From Candidatus Nanoarchaeia archaeon (GTDB taxonomy: Archaea; Nanobdellota; Nanobdellia; SCGC-AAA011-G17; JACPNG01): a DNA stretch of 64,000 nt. The stretch is from NCBI GenBank assembly GCA_028714095.1, contig JAQTMY010000001.1:277804-341803 (forward strand). Reading direction: 5' to 3'. Position numbers and translations under genes: made by a program. Shown piece after piece: positions 9,597 to 20,226 of this stretch. The notes under the pieces were generated by a model. That model was not told where the DNA came from, ran no database searches, and worked only from the letters and a program-made list of their open reading frames with translations. Every line of letters starts with the position of its first letter. Positions within the stretch are counted from its first letter, which is position 1.

Positions 9597-10106
9597 ATGA
9601 AAGTGATATTATATATGGCTATAAGCGTGAATGGGATGATTGCTAAAAGTGATGATAACACCTCCTGGATAACCCCCGAAGAATGGAGGAGCTATAGTCT
9701 ATTTGTAAGAAAAGCAGGAAATCTTATTGTGGGACGCAGAACCTATGAAATTCTTACTAAACAACCAGAATTTGCAGAGTTTAAAGACATAAAACTTGTT
9801 GTAGTATCTAAAAAACAAGATATTAATCTTGTAAGTCGAAAACACTTAATCGCTGAATCCCCAAAAAAAGCATTAACTTTTCTTAAAAATTTTAAAAGAA
9901 TAGTTGTAGCTGGAGGAGGCACTCTAAATAACTCCTTCCTTGAAGAAAATCTTATTGATGAAATTTATTTGGATGTTGAACCAATTATAATAACCACAGG
10001 CATACCATTGTTTAAGGGTAAGGAATTTGTAAAAAATTTAAAGTTTATAAATCAACAAAAAATAAGTGAGAACGAAATTCAGTTACATTACACAATTGTA
10101 AAATAA
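9597..10106 (+). CDS. Dihydrofolate reductase-like / RibD C-terminal domain protein
   Basis: MKVILYMAISVNGMIA..IVGRRTYE..VAGGGTLNNSFL pattern of the RibD_C/DHFR-like fold. Confidence 0.6.
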   Translation: MKVILYMAISVNGMIAKSDDNTSWITPEEWRSYSLFVRKAGNLIVGRRTYEILTKQPEFAEFKDIKLVVVSKKQDINLVSRKHLIAESPKKALTFLKNFKRIVVAGGGTLNNSFLEENLIDEIYLDVEPIIITTGIPLFKGKEFVKNLKFINQQKISENEIQLHYTIVK

Positions 10107-10109
10107 AAA

Positions 10110-11021
10110 TTACTCTTTCTTCTTAATCTGGTCTTTAAGATTTAATTTATTAAGTAATTCCTTATACCTGTTTCTGATTGTAACTTCTGTAACACCTGCT
10201 GTATCAGCAACCTCTCTCTGTGTTTTTTTCTCATTGTTAATCAAAGCAGCAACATACAATGAAGCAGCAGCTATTCCGGTTGGACCTCTTCCAGAAGTCA
10301 ACTCAGAATTCTGGGCCATCTCTAAAATTTCAACAGCCTTACTCTGAGTATCTGCACTTAGTTTCAAAGCAGATGCAAATCTTGGGATATAATCAACAGG
10401 ATTGCTTGGAAGTATCCTTATTCCTAATTCTCTTGTTATAAATCTGTAAGTTCTTCCAACTTCTTTCTTGTCAATACCAGATGCTTCAGATATCTCATCT
10501 AAGGTTCTTGGAACTTCGTGTCTTCTGCATGCAGCATACAATGCTCCAGCAACAACAGACTCCATCGATCTTCCTCTAACTAGACCTCTCTGAACAGCTA
10601 AGGTATAAATTCTTGAAGCTTCCTCTTCAACAGATTTTGGTAATTTAAGATATGAAGCAACTCTTCTTAATTCAGCCAAAGCTAATTTTAAGTTTCTTTC
10701 AATTGCTGTACTAACTCTGTATTGCCATTTTCTTAATCTGAAGTATTTATTCTTGCCTTTCCCTTCTAACTTATAGATATCGCCTTTTTGTCCAACATCG
10801 GTTCCAATCCCTTTGTCAAACTTGGTATAGGTGATTGGAGCTCCTGTTCTTCTCATCTTGTCAGCCTGGTCATGGTCGAATTCTCTCCATTCCTGGCTGA
10901 AATCAATCATCTTTTCTTCTATAACTAGTCCGCAATCTTTGCAAATAACTTCTCCTTTTTCATGGTTAAGAATAAGATTAATTCCCCCGCATTCCGGGCA
11001 TTTTTTAATATAATGGGTCAT
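10110..11021 (-). CDS. tfb: Transcription initiation factor TFB (TFIIB)
   Basis: Zn ribbon CPECGG..CKDCG followed by cyclin-fold repeats. The ORF extends to 11081, but the TTTATAAA box at 11094-11101 is only 13 nt from that ATG. ATG at 11021 (MTHYIKKCPECG) is preferred. Confidence 0.9.
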   Translation of the reverse strand: MTHYIKKCPECGGINLILNHEKGEVICKDCGLVIEEKMIDFSQEWREFDHDQADKMRRTGAPITYTKFDKGIGTDVGQKGDIYKLEGKGKNKYFRLRKWQYRVSTAIERNLKLALAELRRVASYLKLPKSVEEEASRIYTLAVQRGLVRGRSMESVVAGALYAACRRHEVPRTLDEISEASGIDKKEVGRTYRFITRELGIRILPSNPVDYIPRFASALKLSADTQSKAVEILEMAQNSELTSGRGPTGIAAASLYVAALINNEKKTQREVADTAGVTEVTIRNRYKELLNKLNLKDQIKKKE

Positions 11022-11138
11022 GTTTATAAGTTCCCCTAATAACCACTTACGAATAATATCATCGTAAGGTTTATATATCATACCATAAGTTTATTTATAA
11101 ATCTTCCGGTTGGTTTTTCACTCAAAAAACAAGAGAAT

Positions 11139-11516
11139 TTACTGTAAAACTGCCTGTATCCCAACATCCTGACCAGGCCTGTTGGTTACTTTTGCTTTGC
11201 CTTTGTCAGTTTCTATGATAGTTCCTTTTGTAATAATATTTCTTCTTATGTAGTTCCTGTTTGCAGGATTGTCAACTACGCTTATTATTTTGGCTTTAAT
11301 ATGTTTTTTTGTTTTTGGATCATAAACATTTGCTATATCTTCAAACAAAGTTTTGAATTTTAGGTTTCCACCAAGAACTCTTACTTTTTTTATCCTTCTA
11401 TTTTCAATTTTTGTTAAAACTGGCAGGCTTCCTAACTCATTTAGTTTCTTTTTTCTCCAGGGCTTGTATTTTCCACCAGTAAGTTTAGTTTTTGCTTTTC
11501 TCTGTGAGATTGCCAT
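11139..11516 (-). CDS. rps8e: 30S ribosomal protein S8e
   Basis: MAISQRKAKTKLTGGKYKPWRKKK N-terminus; 125 aa. Confidence 0.9.
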   Translation of the reverse strand: MAISQRKAKTKLTGGKYKPWRKKKLNELGSLPVLTKIENRRIKKVRVLGGNLKFKTLFEDIANVYDPKTKKHIKAKIISVVDNPANRNYIRRNIITKGTIIETDKGKAKVTNRPGQDVGIQAVLQ

Positions 11517-11539
11517 AATCGTTTCTTAAAAATAGGCCA

Positions 11540-11547
11540 TTTATAAA
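11540..11547 (-). promoter_or_regulatory. TATA box TTTATAAA (rps8e)
   Basis: Lies 24-31 nt upstream of the ATG at 11516. Confidence 0.45.
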
Positions 11548-11572
11548 CCTTACTATTTGAATTTTAGAAAGG

Positions 11573-11580
11573 TTTAAATA
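11573..11580 (+). promoter_or_regulatory. TATA box TTTAAATA (LSm-L37e unit)
   Basis: Lies 26-33 nt upstream of the ATG at 11606. Confidence 0.45.
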
Positions 11581-11605
11581 CTGCCTTCTTACTTTAAAAC
11601 TTAAA

Positions 11606-11830
11606 ATGGAATCAGACAGACCTTTAGATGCATTGAATCAATCACGTGGCAGAAGAGTCATGATTGAGCTTAAGAACCAGAAACAGTTTATTGGAAAACT
11701 TAAAGCATTCGACATTCATATTAATGTGGTTCTAGAAGACACAGACGAACTTGAAAACGGTGAAGTCAAGAGAAAATTAGGTACAGTATTCTTAAGGGGA
11801 GATACCATAATTTTAATTTCTCCACAGTAG
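11606..11830 (+). CDS. Sm-like (LSm/SmAP) RNA-binding protein
   Basis: Sm1/Sm2 pattern [42 protein letters not shown]. Confidence 0.85.
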   Translation: MESDRPLDALNQSRGRRVMIELKNQKQFIGKLKAFDIHINVVLEDTDELENGEVKRKLGTVFLRGDTIILISPQ

Positions 11831-11834
11831 GAAG

Positions 11835-11999
11835 ATGGTAAAAGGAACACATTCTATGGGTAAGAAATCTGGTAAAAAGAACTTTATCAGATGCAGAAGA
11901 TGCGGAAAGAAAACCTATCACATTAAAAAGAAAAAGTGTTCAAGCTGTGGTTTTGGAAAATCAGCTAAGCTGAGAAAGTATTCTTGGCAGAAAAAATAA
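11835..11999 (+). CDS. rpl37e: 50S ribosomal protein L37e
   Basis: 54-aa ORF not in the supplied track, translated by hand: [55 protein letters not shown]4 zinc ribbon. The LSm-L37e pair is conserved in archaea. Confidence 0.85.
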   Translation: MVKGTHSMGKKSGKKNFIRCRRCGKKTYHIKKKKCSSCGFGKSAKLRKYSWQKK

Positions 12000-12061
12000 G
12001 ATTTATATAGTATTCTTGACTGACTATAATTAAATTATGTTAGTAAAAAGAGGGAAAAGTA

Positions 12062-13249
12062 ATGGCTAGACTATCTGAATTATTGACTAAAGAACAAGTT
12101 AAAAAAATAAAAAACCGTTATGACTTTGCTGAAGAGGTTGCTGAAGCCCGTATTTCTTTTGAGAGTAAAACAAGCGCTTTAATGGAAGAACTTATGAGAC
12201 TAGGTGCAAGGGATTTGGATGCATTCCATTATGGAGGGAGGACCGTAGCGGGGTGGAGAGATCAAATAAGTGACTTAAATAATGAACTTATTACCCTCTA
12301 TGAGCGACTTGAGCGGGAGCGTAATAGACACGTTATAAAATCCTTAAATGATTCTATAAAAGAGTCTCAGAATAGAATAAAGGTCTATCAAGGAGATATT
12401 GTAAAAGCTCTTGCAATTGGATTTCATAGTTTATCTGCCGGGGATGTAAGAGAGGAATCTGAAAGAGAAAGAAGAATAAAACCTTATAGACAAAATATTG
12501 AAGATATTGTAAAGTATGCTGAAACAAAAAGGGAATTTGGAGAAAGAAAATTATTCAAGCATTATGCAACATCTAAAAGAACAAAAGAACTTATGTCTGG
12601 AGGCATGAGTTATGATGATGCTGTAAAAACCCTTAAAGAGGAAATTGATCAGGATACTGAAGGAAAATACAAAGGAAAAGGGTTCTGGTATTATGTTAAA
12701 ACTGCTGAAGAATTTATTAAGGGTGCGAGACATCCGATAAGAAATATTAAAGGAAGAGCAAGAGAAAAAGGTTACCTTAGAACAAGACCCCAGCACGTTG
12801 ATATTGAATCTGAAAAAGAAGCTTATAATGCTTTTAAAGAAGGGGGGGTTTCTGAAAGAGTTCTAAAATATCAAAAAGATATTATTGAATTAGAGTCTTT
12901 AAGAAAAGGATTAGCTCATAAACATCGTGCAGGAAATTCTTCTTCTGATTATCATAACCTTAATGAAGGACTTGGAAAAACTCTTAATTATGTAGGGAAA
13001 GAGCAAAAAAAAGAACTTGATGAATATTTAAAAAAGAAAAGACATAGTCTTGAAGAAAAAGTTGCAGCAGCAGCTTTATTCTGGATTGCTGGAATAATTG
13101 CTTTGGCAAGGGCAAAAGGAACTTCAATTACTGGAGGCTTTGCCATTTCAAACCAGTATTATGTTAATCCAAATAATATTTTATTTGTGGTAGGATTCTT
13201 ATGTTTGATTATTGGAACAGCAGTTTATCTGCATCATAAAAAAGAATAA
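12062..13249 (+). CDS. Coiled-coil protein with C-terminal membrane anchor, unknown function
   Basis: 395-aa charged helical ORF ending in two hydrophobic helices (AALFWIAGIIALA.., ILFVVGFLCLIIGTAVYL). Confidence 0.45.
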   Translation: MARLSELLTKEQVKKIKNRYDFAEEVAEARISFESKTSALMEELMRLGARDLDAFHYGGRTVAGWRDQISDLNNELITLYERLERERNRHVIKSLNDSIKESQNRIKVYQGDIVKALAIGFHSLSAGDVREESERERRIKPYRQNIEDIVKYAETKREFGERKLFKHYATSKRTKELMSGGMSYDDAVKTLKEEIDQDTEGKYKGKGFWYYVKTAEEFIKGARHPIRNIKGRAREKGYLRTRPQHVDIESEKEAYNAFKEGGVSERVLKYQKDIIELESLRKGLAHKHRAGNSSSDYHNLNEGLGKTLNYVGKEQKKELDEYLKKKRHSLEEKVAAAALFWIAGIIALARAKGTSITGGFAISNQYYVNPNNILFVVGFLCLIIGTAVYLHHKKE

Positions 13250-13254
13250 GAACC

Positions 13255-13262
13255 TTTATAAA
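13255..13262 (+). promoter_or_regulatory. TATA box TTTATAAA (tRNA-Leu)
   Basis: Lies 26-33 nt upstream of tRNA position 1. Confidence 0.4.
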
Positions 13263-13287
13263 ATAACTAATTCTGAATTTCCCTTAT

Positions 13288-13371
13288 GCGGACGTGCCGG
13301 AGCGGTCAAACGGAACGGGTTTAGGCCCCGTTGGCTTAGTGCCTACGCAGGTTCGAACCCTGTCGTCCGCA
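13288..13371 (+). tRNA. tRNA-Leu(UAG)
   Basis: Hand fold: acceptor GCGGACG/CGTCCGC, anticodon stem ACGGG/CCCGT, loop TTTAGGC, long variable arm, T-loop TTCGAAC, discriminator A. Confidence 0.85.
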
Positions 13372-13377
13372 GAACTT

Positions 13378-16300
13378 TTATTTAACACCTAAACTCATTA
13401 AATCCTCATCACAGAAATCTGTTTTCCTTGGATAATCTGTTTTTTTATAACCTTCAATAACCCCGCAAGTAGTTTTTACAAATCCACCCATGAGAAGATT
13501 CTTGTTTAATTTAAACGTTTTCACAAAAAGATTTGAATTTATTTTAATAGTTGATTCTTCGGATAAGCAAGCTGCAAGTTGCGCAGAAGTTGATTGCCCA
13601 ATCCCGACAATATTTTTACAATTATCTGGAATTACTGTTGCCCATAACTCATCAGTCTCACATCCATCAGTCGTTTTTATTATCAGGTAGAATCTTGCTA
13701 GATCTTCATCATTGGAATCTGTTTCTAGATTATCTCTATCTAATTCTCCAATTTTTTGTTTACCCGCTTTATCTCTTGCCCAGTAAGTTTCTGTAATCTG
13801 GCAGGCTTTCTCCATAACTAGTGTTATATCTTTATCATCTTCTTCTGGGTAATTAAGAAGACTTACCCTTAACCTATAGTCCTCTCCGTATTTAATATTT
13901 GAAGGCAAAGGTATCTCGATTTTATGGCTATCCCATTTAATTTGTGTATTTATATTTTTAATAATTGTACCCATTTTTCTATCAATGAGACTAACACCAA
14001 CTCTCATTCCTTCTACGTCTCCATCTGGTTTGCATCCCCCTGATTCAATCTCTGCCCATAAATTATTCTCTAAAAGTTTGGTTACTCCGGTTGCAGTACT
14101 TAATTTCGGTTGAGCTCCTTTGATAATATACTGCTTATATTCTTTTTCATCGTCGAGAATATTAATTCCTTCTAGTTCACATTTAGTGCTGGCTTCCACA
14201 TTCTTAGAATATTCCCCATTTTTCTGCTGGACTCCATTTACTTCCCCATAGGTTTTTACGGTAACTTTAATATCATCTGCCTTGCTATTTTTATATTTTC
14301 CTTTCTCATCATTTATAACCATGGTATACTGTTTATTATTCCCTTGGTTTGCAACAAGGGTTTGTCCAAACACCTCTAGTTTTGTACTGCTAATCTGAAT
14401 ATCACTTATTTGCTCATCAAAACCATCTTTTTGGGAGCTTACTCTAAATACAATTCTGTTTATTCCTAATGAAAGTGCATCTTTTTCCAAAACTAGTTGA
14501 GCAACTTTTTCTCCTTTAATAATATTATCCAAAATATAAAGTCCAGGTTCTTTTGTTACAGCTGCGGGCGCTTGAGGAGTACCCTCTGCACCCCCCTTAA
14601 TTTCAGCATTTATTTCAGCAGCTTTTTCTGATTCCTCTTTTTTAGAATGATCTCCTTCTGTAAGATAATCTTCTTTAGCCAAACCAGCTTCTAGATAAAT
14701 TTCTCCAGCTCGTCCATAACCTTTAGATCTAAGATTTTGATCATTAACTCCAGCAAGTATTGTTTTAAGTTCTTCTATGGTTGTTGCAGCCTTAATTTCT
14801 TCTGTTTTCTTTTCTCTCTCTTCTTTACTTAAGATTATTCCTTTATTTATCAGATCTTCTTCATATTTATTTTGTGCCTCACTTAAGTATACAGAAACAT
14901 TCCCATAATTTTCTAAATCCTGCAAGCTAAAGCTTCTTGTATCCAGCCAGCAATATCCTAATGCAACTCCTGATGAATCTTTTCCGCAGCTCCCGACATT
15001 CCTCCAATAATCCTTGTTTGAATTTCCGTCAGGATCTTCTACAGAGCAAACCCTTACAATGCTATCCGTAGTGCTGCTGATCCCAATCGTTGATGCAATT
15101 GTTTCTCCAGTGCTTTCTTTTAGTTCAGGTATGCATTCTTCCTCACTGTTAATATTTTTAGTAACTTCTTCTGTAACAGCATTATCCTGCAACTGATTTA
15201 ATCCATAATCTGTTGTGACTCTCCCAAATCCGCATTCAGTCACTTCATTAAGCTCGATACATACCTCATTAAATCCTTCTCCTGCTACAATGTCAACGTT
15301 TTTAGTTATATATCCTCCATATTCTATCTGGTCTTTATTCTCGCTTGTACTTCCCTGATCCCCATATGTAACGAATAATTTTCTTCCTGTTTTGCTGTCT
15401 CTCAAATAAACTCTATACCCGATCTTATCTGATCCGGAAATATCCTGGGTAGTTCCTGCATAGATATGGAAGAACACATTGTAACTTAGAGTTCCAAATT
15501 TCTCACTGTAAGGTTTTGAACTCATTGTAGCAATAAACTGGGAAGGATCTCTTGGGTTTACAAGTTTAGTCATGAACTCTCCAAGGTTTGGAATTGATCC
15601 GCTTACAAATCCTTTGCAGAATTCCATTTTTATTTGCTCAAGTTTCTTTGCCTTGAATGAATTATCAACCAAATTTCCATACTCACTTGTAAAGAACTCA
15701 ACACTCTTTAATGCATTTTCATAGCTACTTGAGAACTGAAGATATTCCCCCCCGCCTTCGATGCTGCTTCCGCTGAAGACATTTCCATTGAATAAGTTCT
15801 GGACAAATTTAGCAGCGCCTCCAGCCTCTTTCCAGAAAACATCACAAACATAAATGCTCTGGATTTTGTCGCATATGCCAACACTCTTCCCCTCTTCCTT
15901 TTGTGTTGTTAAACAGTCTTTTCCTGACTGGAATATTGATCTTATATTCTTGAATCCAGCTAAAACTCCTGTTGCACAAACAGGCAATATATCTCCAGAT
16001 CCCTGTGGCAGTACTATTGATCCAATTATCCCAGATCTTACAACATCCTTGACATACCAGGTTCCTCCAGCATTAAATCTTGAAACAGGACATACTATAG
16101 GATCGCATATATTGAATAATGCCTTGCAGTCTGAAACACTCATAGAGTCTGTGCAATGTCCCAAGGCTTTGTTTGTATCCCTGTTTGCAGCATTATAACT
16201 GCACTCAAATACTTTTTTGTCAATTTTTACAGTCCCTTGATCATCACATTTAAATGAATCAACAAAACTTTTGTATTTATATAATTGAGCTGGTTCTACT

Positions 16301-19300
16301 TCCTTAAGATAGCTTGCTGACTCTTTCATTGATATATCATCCTTGGTGCATAATAACCCATCAGAACCAACATTCATTAGACTAATACTGGATGCACTCC
16401 CATCGGCTGCATATTTTAAAACCTTTAAGTAATTTCCGTCTTTGTAAGGGATGCAGTAGGGTTTTCCATCAGAGTAAAATTCTGCTTTTGCATTTGCAGC
16501 ATAGTCGCTCCTCTTCCCGCTTTCCTGCACAATATCAACTACCAAATAACATTCGCTATCTTTTTTAAATAACTGACCGCTCCCGATTATTTTCTTTGCG
16601 TCCTTAGAAATATCATCTTCGTTTATAGGAATTAATCCTTTTATTTCCTCAAATTTGACTGGATTTCCTTTTTCATCTTTTTTAAGAACATACCCTACAG
16701 CAGTCTTTTTATCCTTGCTCATTGTAACAGTGGATAAAATATTATTTATTTCAGCACATCCACCATTATTTTCTGTTAATCCTTTCCACTCTTTTTGTCT
16801 TTGTTCAATGCTCTTTGATTTTTGAAGTTCAAGATTTTGTATTGCAATCTTGTAAAGTTTTTCTTTTTCTGCTTTGTCCTCTATGTTGCTGTCCTTGAAT
16901 AATTTTTCAGTTTCTTTGTAAGCAGAATTTTTCTCTTCAAGGCTTTTGATTAAAGCTGTTTTCTCCTCTGCTATTGTTTTAAAGTATCCTTCCTCTTTCT
17001 TATCAAGCCCATCGGGTTTATTGTTGAGTATTGAACTTAAGATTAAATACTGCTTGACATCTTTTGAATCAACAATAAACTCTTTGCCATCTTTATTAAA
17101 ATCTTTTATTTCTTTTTCCAGTTCCTGATAGGCCAGACTCTCATATAATTTTCCGTCCTTAAGCTGGTCGTTAAAGTCATCAACTTTGGTATCAACCTCG
17201 TCAATTATTGATTCTGCAAATTCTCCAGTCTCCATTAAACATTCATCATAACTCTGATAAAATTCCCCAATTTTCCCTGCAGATTCTAAACTTACTTTTG
17301 TAATGCTGTTTGCCTGGCAGAAATCTTTCAGTCCCTGTATCTCTTCATACCCATTCATGACTATGCTTCTTGCATTTGCCTTGTTTCCTATCAAGAAATT
17401 CTTTGCTGTGATGAATGCAAATGTTGCTCCGCATCCAATCGTCCAGCCCTTTACAATATCCTCTGTTGTGTTTATTATTCCATCTAATGTTTTTATTGTG
17501 GAGTCAAGATTTCCTATATGATTGTCTAATTCTTCAGTTGTAAAATTAATTAATTTTATCCCTTTATCAATTGGAATTCTTACATTAAACTCGCTTGTAC
17601 TGTAAACCTTTGCTCTCCCAGGTATTATTGTTATCTGGGCAGCCTTTAATGATTCTACTTTTTTTAATTCAACCTCTATCTTCTTGCCGGTCTTTGAAGT
17701 TATTTCTTGTTTCTTTTCTATCTCTAATTTTATATTTTCCCCATCCGCTTCATCAGGGTATTTATGTTCCTTTAATTTTTCAGAATTTTTATTGTAATTG
17801 GAATCTTCATTAAGTTTGCTTGCAAGCAAATTTCTTACTGCAAGAACTCCTTCTACATAACTTGTGTCTGCAGTATCTCCACATCCTAATCCATTATAAG
17901 CTCTTAATGCCCTTTCCCATCCAGTATAACCTGCATATTGTTTTTGATATTCAGCATTTGCACAATAACTTTTTACCTTGCTCTCATAATTACTCCCTTC
18001 ATTATACTCGTCGTATTTTTTCTTTAAGAATTCAATCCCAATTCTTATGTTTTCATTAGGATCAAATCTTACATCAAGGTCTTTTGTCCCCTCTTCATCT
18101 TTAATCTCATCCAGCTCAGCTAATTGAGCAAGGACTTTTTCTTTAGTACCTTCATCTTTAATATTAAATGCACAGGTGCTTTCTTGATTCCCTAGGTCTT
18201 TATAGAGCTTAGCATTACTATCAACTTCTTTTACAGTTCCAGGCATAAGTTGCATTAATCCTATTGCCCCACAATATTCTTTGTTTAATTTTGAGATTAA
18301 GCTAGGATAAAATCCGCTCTCATAAATTATTAAAGCTTTAACCAATAAAGGATCTATATCTTTTTCTTTAGCATATTCTAAAATTTTTTCATCATACTTG
18401 TTTTGATAAGTTTCAGCTTGAACCCCAATCCTTTTGAGATCTCCACTCTTAGCATTGGTCTTGATATCCTCAATTTTCAATAGACCCGGTCCTTTTATTT
18501 CCTCACCCTTGGAGACAGTTACATCATCCTCATTAATGTCTATTATTTTATATCCAGTATTCTTTAATGCTTCATTAATCTTATAATCAGATGTATCATC
18601 TCCAACTCTAACGCTTGCAGATGCTCCCTGATGTTTTTTGATTTCCTTAACTTCAATGATTGCTTCTTCTGAACCAAGCTTTATATTTTCAGATGAAGAA
18701 CTTATTCCCGCAGAAGCCAAGGTCAGGTAGGTGCTGTATTTATCAAGATTGGTAGTATCCTTTATGTTTCCCAGCTCGTCTAAAATCCTGCTTCTGAATG
18801 AGTTGAAATCGCTGTCAGCGTTAGCTAGTTTAGCTTTAGTCATTAAGTCCGCATAAGCCTCAAGGATCTTGCCTGTATAAATATCATATTCTGAACTTGA
18901 TCCAGAGACTAACTCCCTTGCTTTTTTGAAATTAGTTACTGCTGCACAATCAAGCTTAAATGCAAAATCACTATTAATATCCACTTTCTCGTCTTCTATA
19001 TTCTTGCAGGGATCTTCAGTATTATAATTTGTTGTACTCTTGCTTATTTCCAAATTTATTGTTCCACTGTCCTTAAAGTTGGTTAATTTAACCTCACCAG
19101 AACCATCATCTTCTTTCTCAATTTTTTCAACATACCAGTCTGTCCCGGGTATGTAGTTTGATTCAAACACCTCTACAATATCTATTTCCTTATTTTTGTA
19201 AATCTGGAACGTTGCACTTTTGCTTAAGGAATTAACAATGCCATCTAATCTTACTTTTATTATATCAACTCCACTGCTCCCCAATAATCCGCTTATCCCG

Positions 19301-20226
19301 CTTAAAGAAATCTGATTTGAGGTTTGCCCGACTTTTATTTTTTGCAGGCCTCCAACCGGAGTTAATGTATAATCATAGACCTGTATTGTTGCACTATCAC
19401 TGTCAAGGCTGTCTAGTCTTACATAATATTCTCCATCTAAGAATGATTCCTGGCTTATTGAGTTATAGCCTTCTGCAAAAGAGATAGTTCCTGTGTCTGT
19501 TTGTCCACTCACCCCCTCTTTTAATTTTGTTAGAATATTTTGTACAGCCTCAAAAAGAGTTCTGGATTCTCTTGTTGTTCCTCCAGTAAATTCATTTGCA
19601 GCTTTTTGATAAATCACCTTTGTTAATCTTCCATAGTTCAAGCTCCTGTCTGTGCTGAACTCAATCCTTGCACTTAAGTTTAAGTCAATTTCTTCAGGAA
19701 TCTGGTCTTCGTTGTCAAATCTTTTGATCTCAACTAAAATAATCCCTAGATTATCAAGATCTTTTTGGTCCATTGTGCCTAAAATTGTTTTAACAGGTGC
19801 TAATGGATCCTTGTAATAACTTTTTGGAGGATAATAGGAAATACCCTGGACATAAGGATTGGAGGTGATTGGGGTAACTACAATATTATTTATTGAAGGT
19901 ATTCCTATAGTAGGTTCTCCAGTTGAACTTTGTTCCCCTAAGAAACTTCCCAAGGTATTTCCTCCCAAATAGATGAAAACAGGAACTTCCCCTTTAGTTA
20001 ACAGATTACTTTGTAAAACTGTTGGATCTACTTGTTTTGGATATACACTAATTGCCTCTCCAAGATCCTCATAGAAATTAATCCCGCTTAAGATTGTATC
20101 ACTGCTCGCATATCTTGATAATGCGCTTGTTGTTCTAGTTGTTGTCGGTGTTCTTGCAGCCTCAACAATAGGGATATTGCTTACTAGGAAAATTACAATC
20201 ATTGCTATTGCAATTATTTTCTTCAT
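13378..20226 (-). CDS. Giant secreted protein (2,282 aa) with lytic transglycosylase (SLT/GH23) region
   Basis: Uninterrupted 6.8-kb ORF. Sec signal MKKIIAIAMIVIFLVSNIPIVEA. SLT motifs IIYESGF (Glu636, codon 18319-18321), GLMQLMPGT and RAYNGLG. Cys-dense block at about residues 1290-1400. Confidence 0.8.
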   Translation of the reverse strand: MKKIIAIAMIVIFLVSNIPIVEAARTPTTTRTTSALSRYASSDTILSGINFYEDLGEAISVYPKQVDPTVLQSNLLTKGEVPVFIYLGGNTLGSFLGEQSSTGEPTIGIPSINNIVVTPITSNPYVQGISYYPPKSYYKDPLAPVKTILGTMDQKDLDNLGIILVEIKRFDNEDQIPEEIDLNLSARIEFSTDRSLNYGRLTKVIYQKAANEFTGGTTRESRTLFEAVQNILTKLKEGVSGQTDTGTISFAEGYNSISQESFLDGEYYVRLDSLDSDSATIQVYDYTLTPVGGLQKIKVGQTSNQISLSGISGLLGSSGVDIIKVRLDGIVNSLSKSATFQIYKNKEIDIVEVFESNYIPGTDWYVEKIEKEDDGSGEVKLTNFKDSGTINLEISKSTTNYNTEDPCKNIEDEKVDINSDFAFKLDCAAVTNFKKARELVSGSSSEYDIYTGKILEAYADLMTKAKLANADSDFNSFRSRILDELGNIKDTTNLDKYSTYLTLASAGISSSSENIKLGSEEAIIEVKEIKKHQGASASVRVGDDTSDYKINEALKNTGYKIIDINEDDVTVSKGEEIKGPGLLKIEDIKTNAKSGDLKRIGVQAETYQNKYDEKILEYAKEKDIDPLLVKALIIYESGFYPSLISKLNKEYCGAIGLMQLMPGTVKEVDSNAKLYKDLGNQESTCAFNIKDEGTKEKVLAQLAELDEIKDEEGTKDLDVRFDPNENIRIGIEFLKKKYDEYNEGSNYESKVKSYCANAEYQKQYAGYTGWERALRAYNGLGCGDTADTSYVEGVLAVRNLLASKLNEDSNYNKNSEKLKEHKYPDEADGENIKLEIEKKQEITSKTGKKIEVELKKVESLKAAQITIIPGRAKVYSTSEFNVRIPIDKGIKLINFTTEELDNHIGNLDSTIKTLDGIINTTEDIVKGWTIGCGATFAFITAKNFLIGNKANARSIVMNGYEEIQGLKDFCQANSITKVSLESAGKIGEFYQSYDECLMETGEFAESIIDEVDTKVDDFNDQLKDGKLYESLAYQELEKEIKDFNKDGKEFIVDSKDVKQYLILSSILNNKPDGLDKKEEGYFKTIAEEKTALIKSLEEKNSAYKETEKLFKDSNIEDKAEKEKLYKIAIQNLELQKSKSIEQRQKEWKGLTENNGGCAEINNILSTVTMSKDKKTAVGYVLKKDEKGNPVKFEEIKGLIPINEDDISKDAKKIIGSGQLFKKDSECYLVVDIVQESGKRSDYAANAKAEFYSDGKPYCIPYKDGNYLKVLKYAADGSASSISLMNVGSDGLLCTKDDISMKESASYLKEVEPAQLYKYKSFVDSFKCDDQGTVKIDKKVFECSYNAANRDTNKALGHCTDSMSVSDCKALFNICDPIVCPVSRFNAGGTWYVKDVVRSGIIGSIVLPQGSGDILPVCATGVLAGFKNIRSIFQSGKDCLTTQKEEGKSVGICDKIQSIYVCDVFWKEAGGAAKFVQNLFNGNVFSGSSIEGGGEYLQFSSSYENALKSVEFFTSEYGNLVDNSFKAKKLEQIKMEFCKGFVSGSIPNLGEFMTKLVNPRDPSQFIATMSSKPYSEKFGTLSYNVFFHIYAGTTQDISGSDKIGYRVYLRDSKTGRKLFVTYGDQGSTSENKDQIEYGGYITKNVDIVAGEGFNEVCIELNEVTECGFGRVTTDYGLNQLQDNAVTEEVTKNINSEEECIPELKESTGETIASTIGISSTTDSIVRVCSVEDPDGNSNKDYWRNVGSCGKDSSGVALGYCWLDTRSFSLQDLENYGNVSVYLSEAQNKYEEDLINKGIILSKEEREKKTEEIKAATTIEELKTILAGVNDQNLRSKGYGRAGEIYLEAGLAKEDYLTEGDHSKKEESEKAAEINAEIKGGAEGTPQAPAAVTKEPGLYILDNIIKGEKVAQLVLEKDALSLGINRIVFRVSSQKDGFDEQISDIQISSTKLEVFGQTLVANQGNNKQYTMVINDEKGKYKNSKADDIKVTVKTYGEVNGVQQKNGEYSKNVEASTKCELEGINILDDEKEYKQYIIKGAQPKLSTATGVTKLLENNLWAEIESGGCKPDGDVEGMRVGVSLIDRKMGTIIKNINTQIKWDSHKIEIPLPSNIKYGEDYRLRVSLLNYPEEDDKDITLVMEKACQITETYWARDKAGKQKIGELDRDNLETDSNDEDLARFYLIIKTTDGCETDELWATVIPDNCKNIVGIGQSTSAQLAACLSEESTIKINSNLFVKTFKLNKNLLMGGFVKTTCGVIEGYKKTDYPRKTDFCDEDLMSLGVK

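Noticed and set aside
13490-18059. Nine 60-114-aa plus-strand ORFs inside the giant gene
   Set aside because: All are antisense to an uninterrupted 6.8-kb ORF with clear domain motifs. Such antisense ORFs are typical of AT-rich coding sequence.
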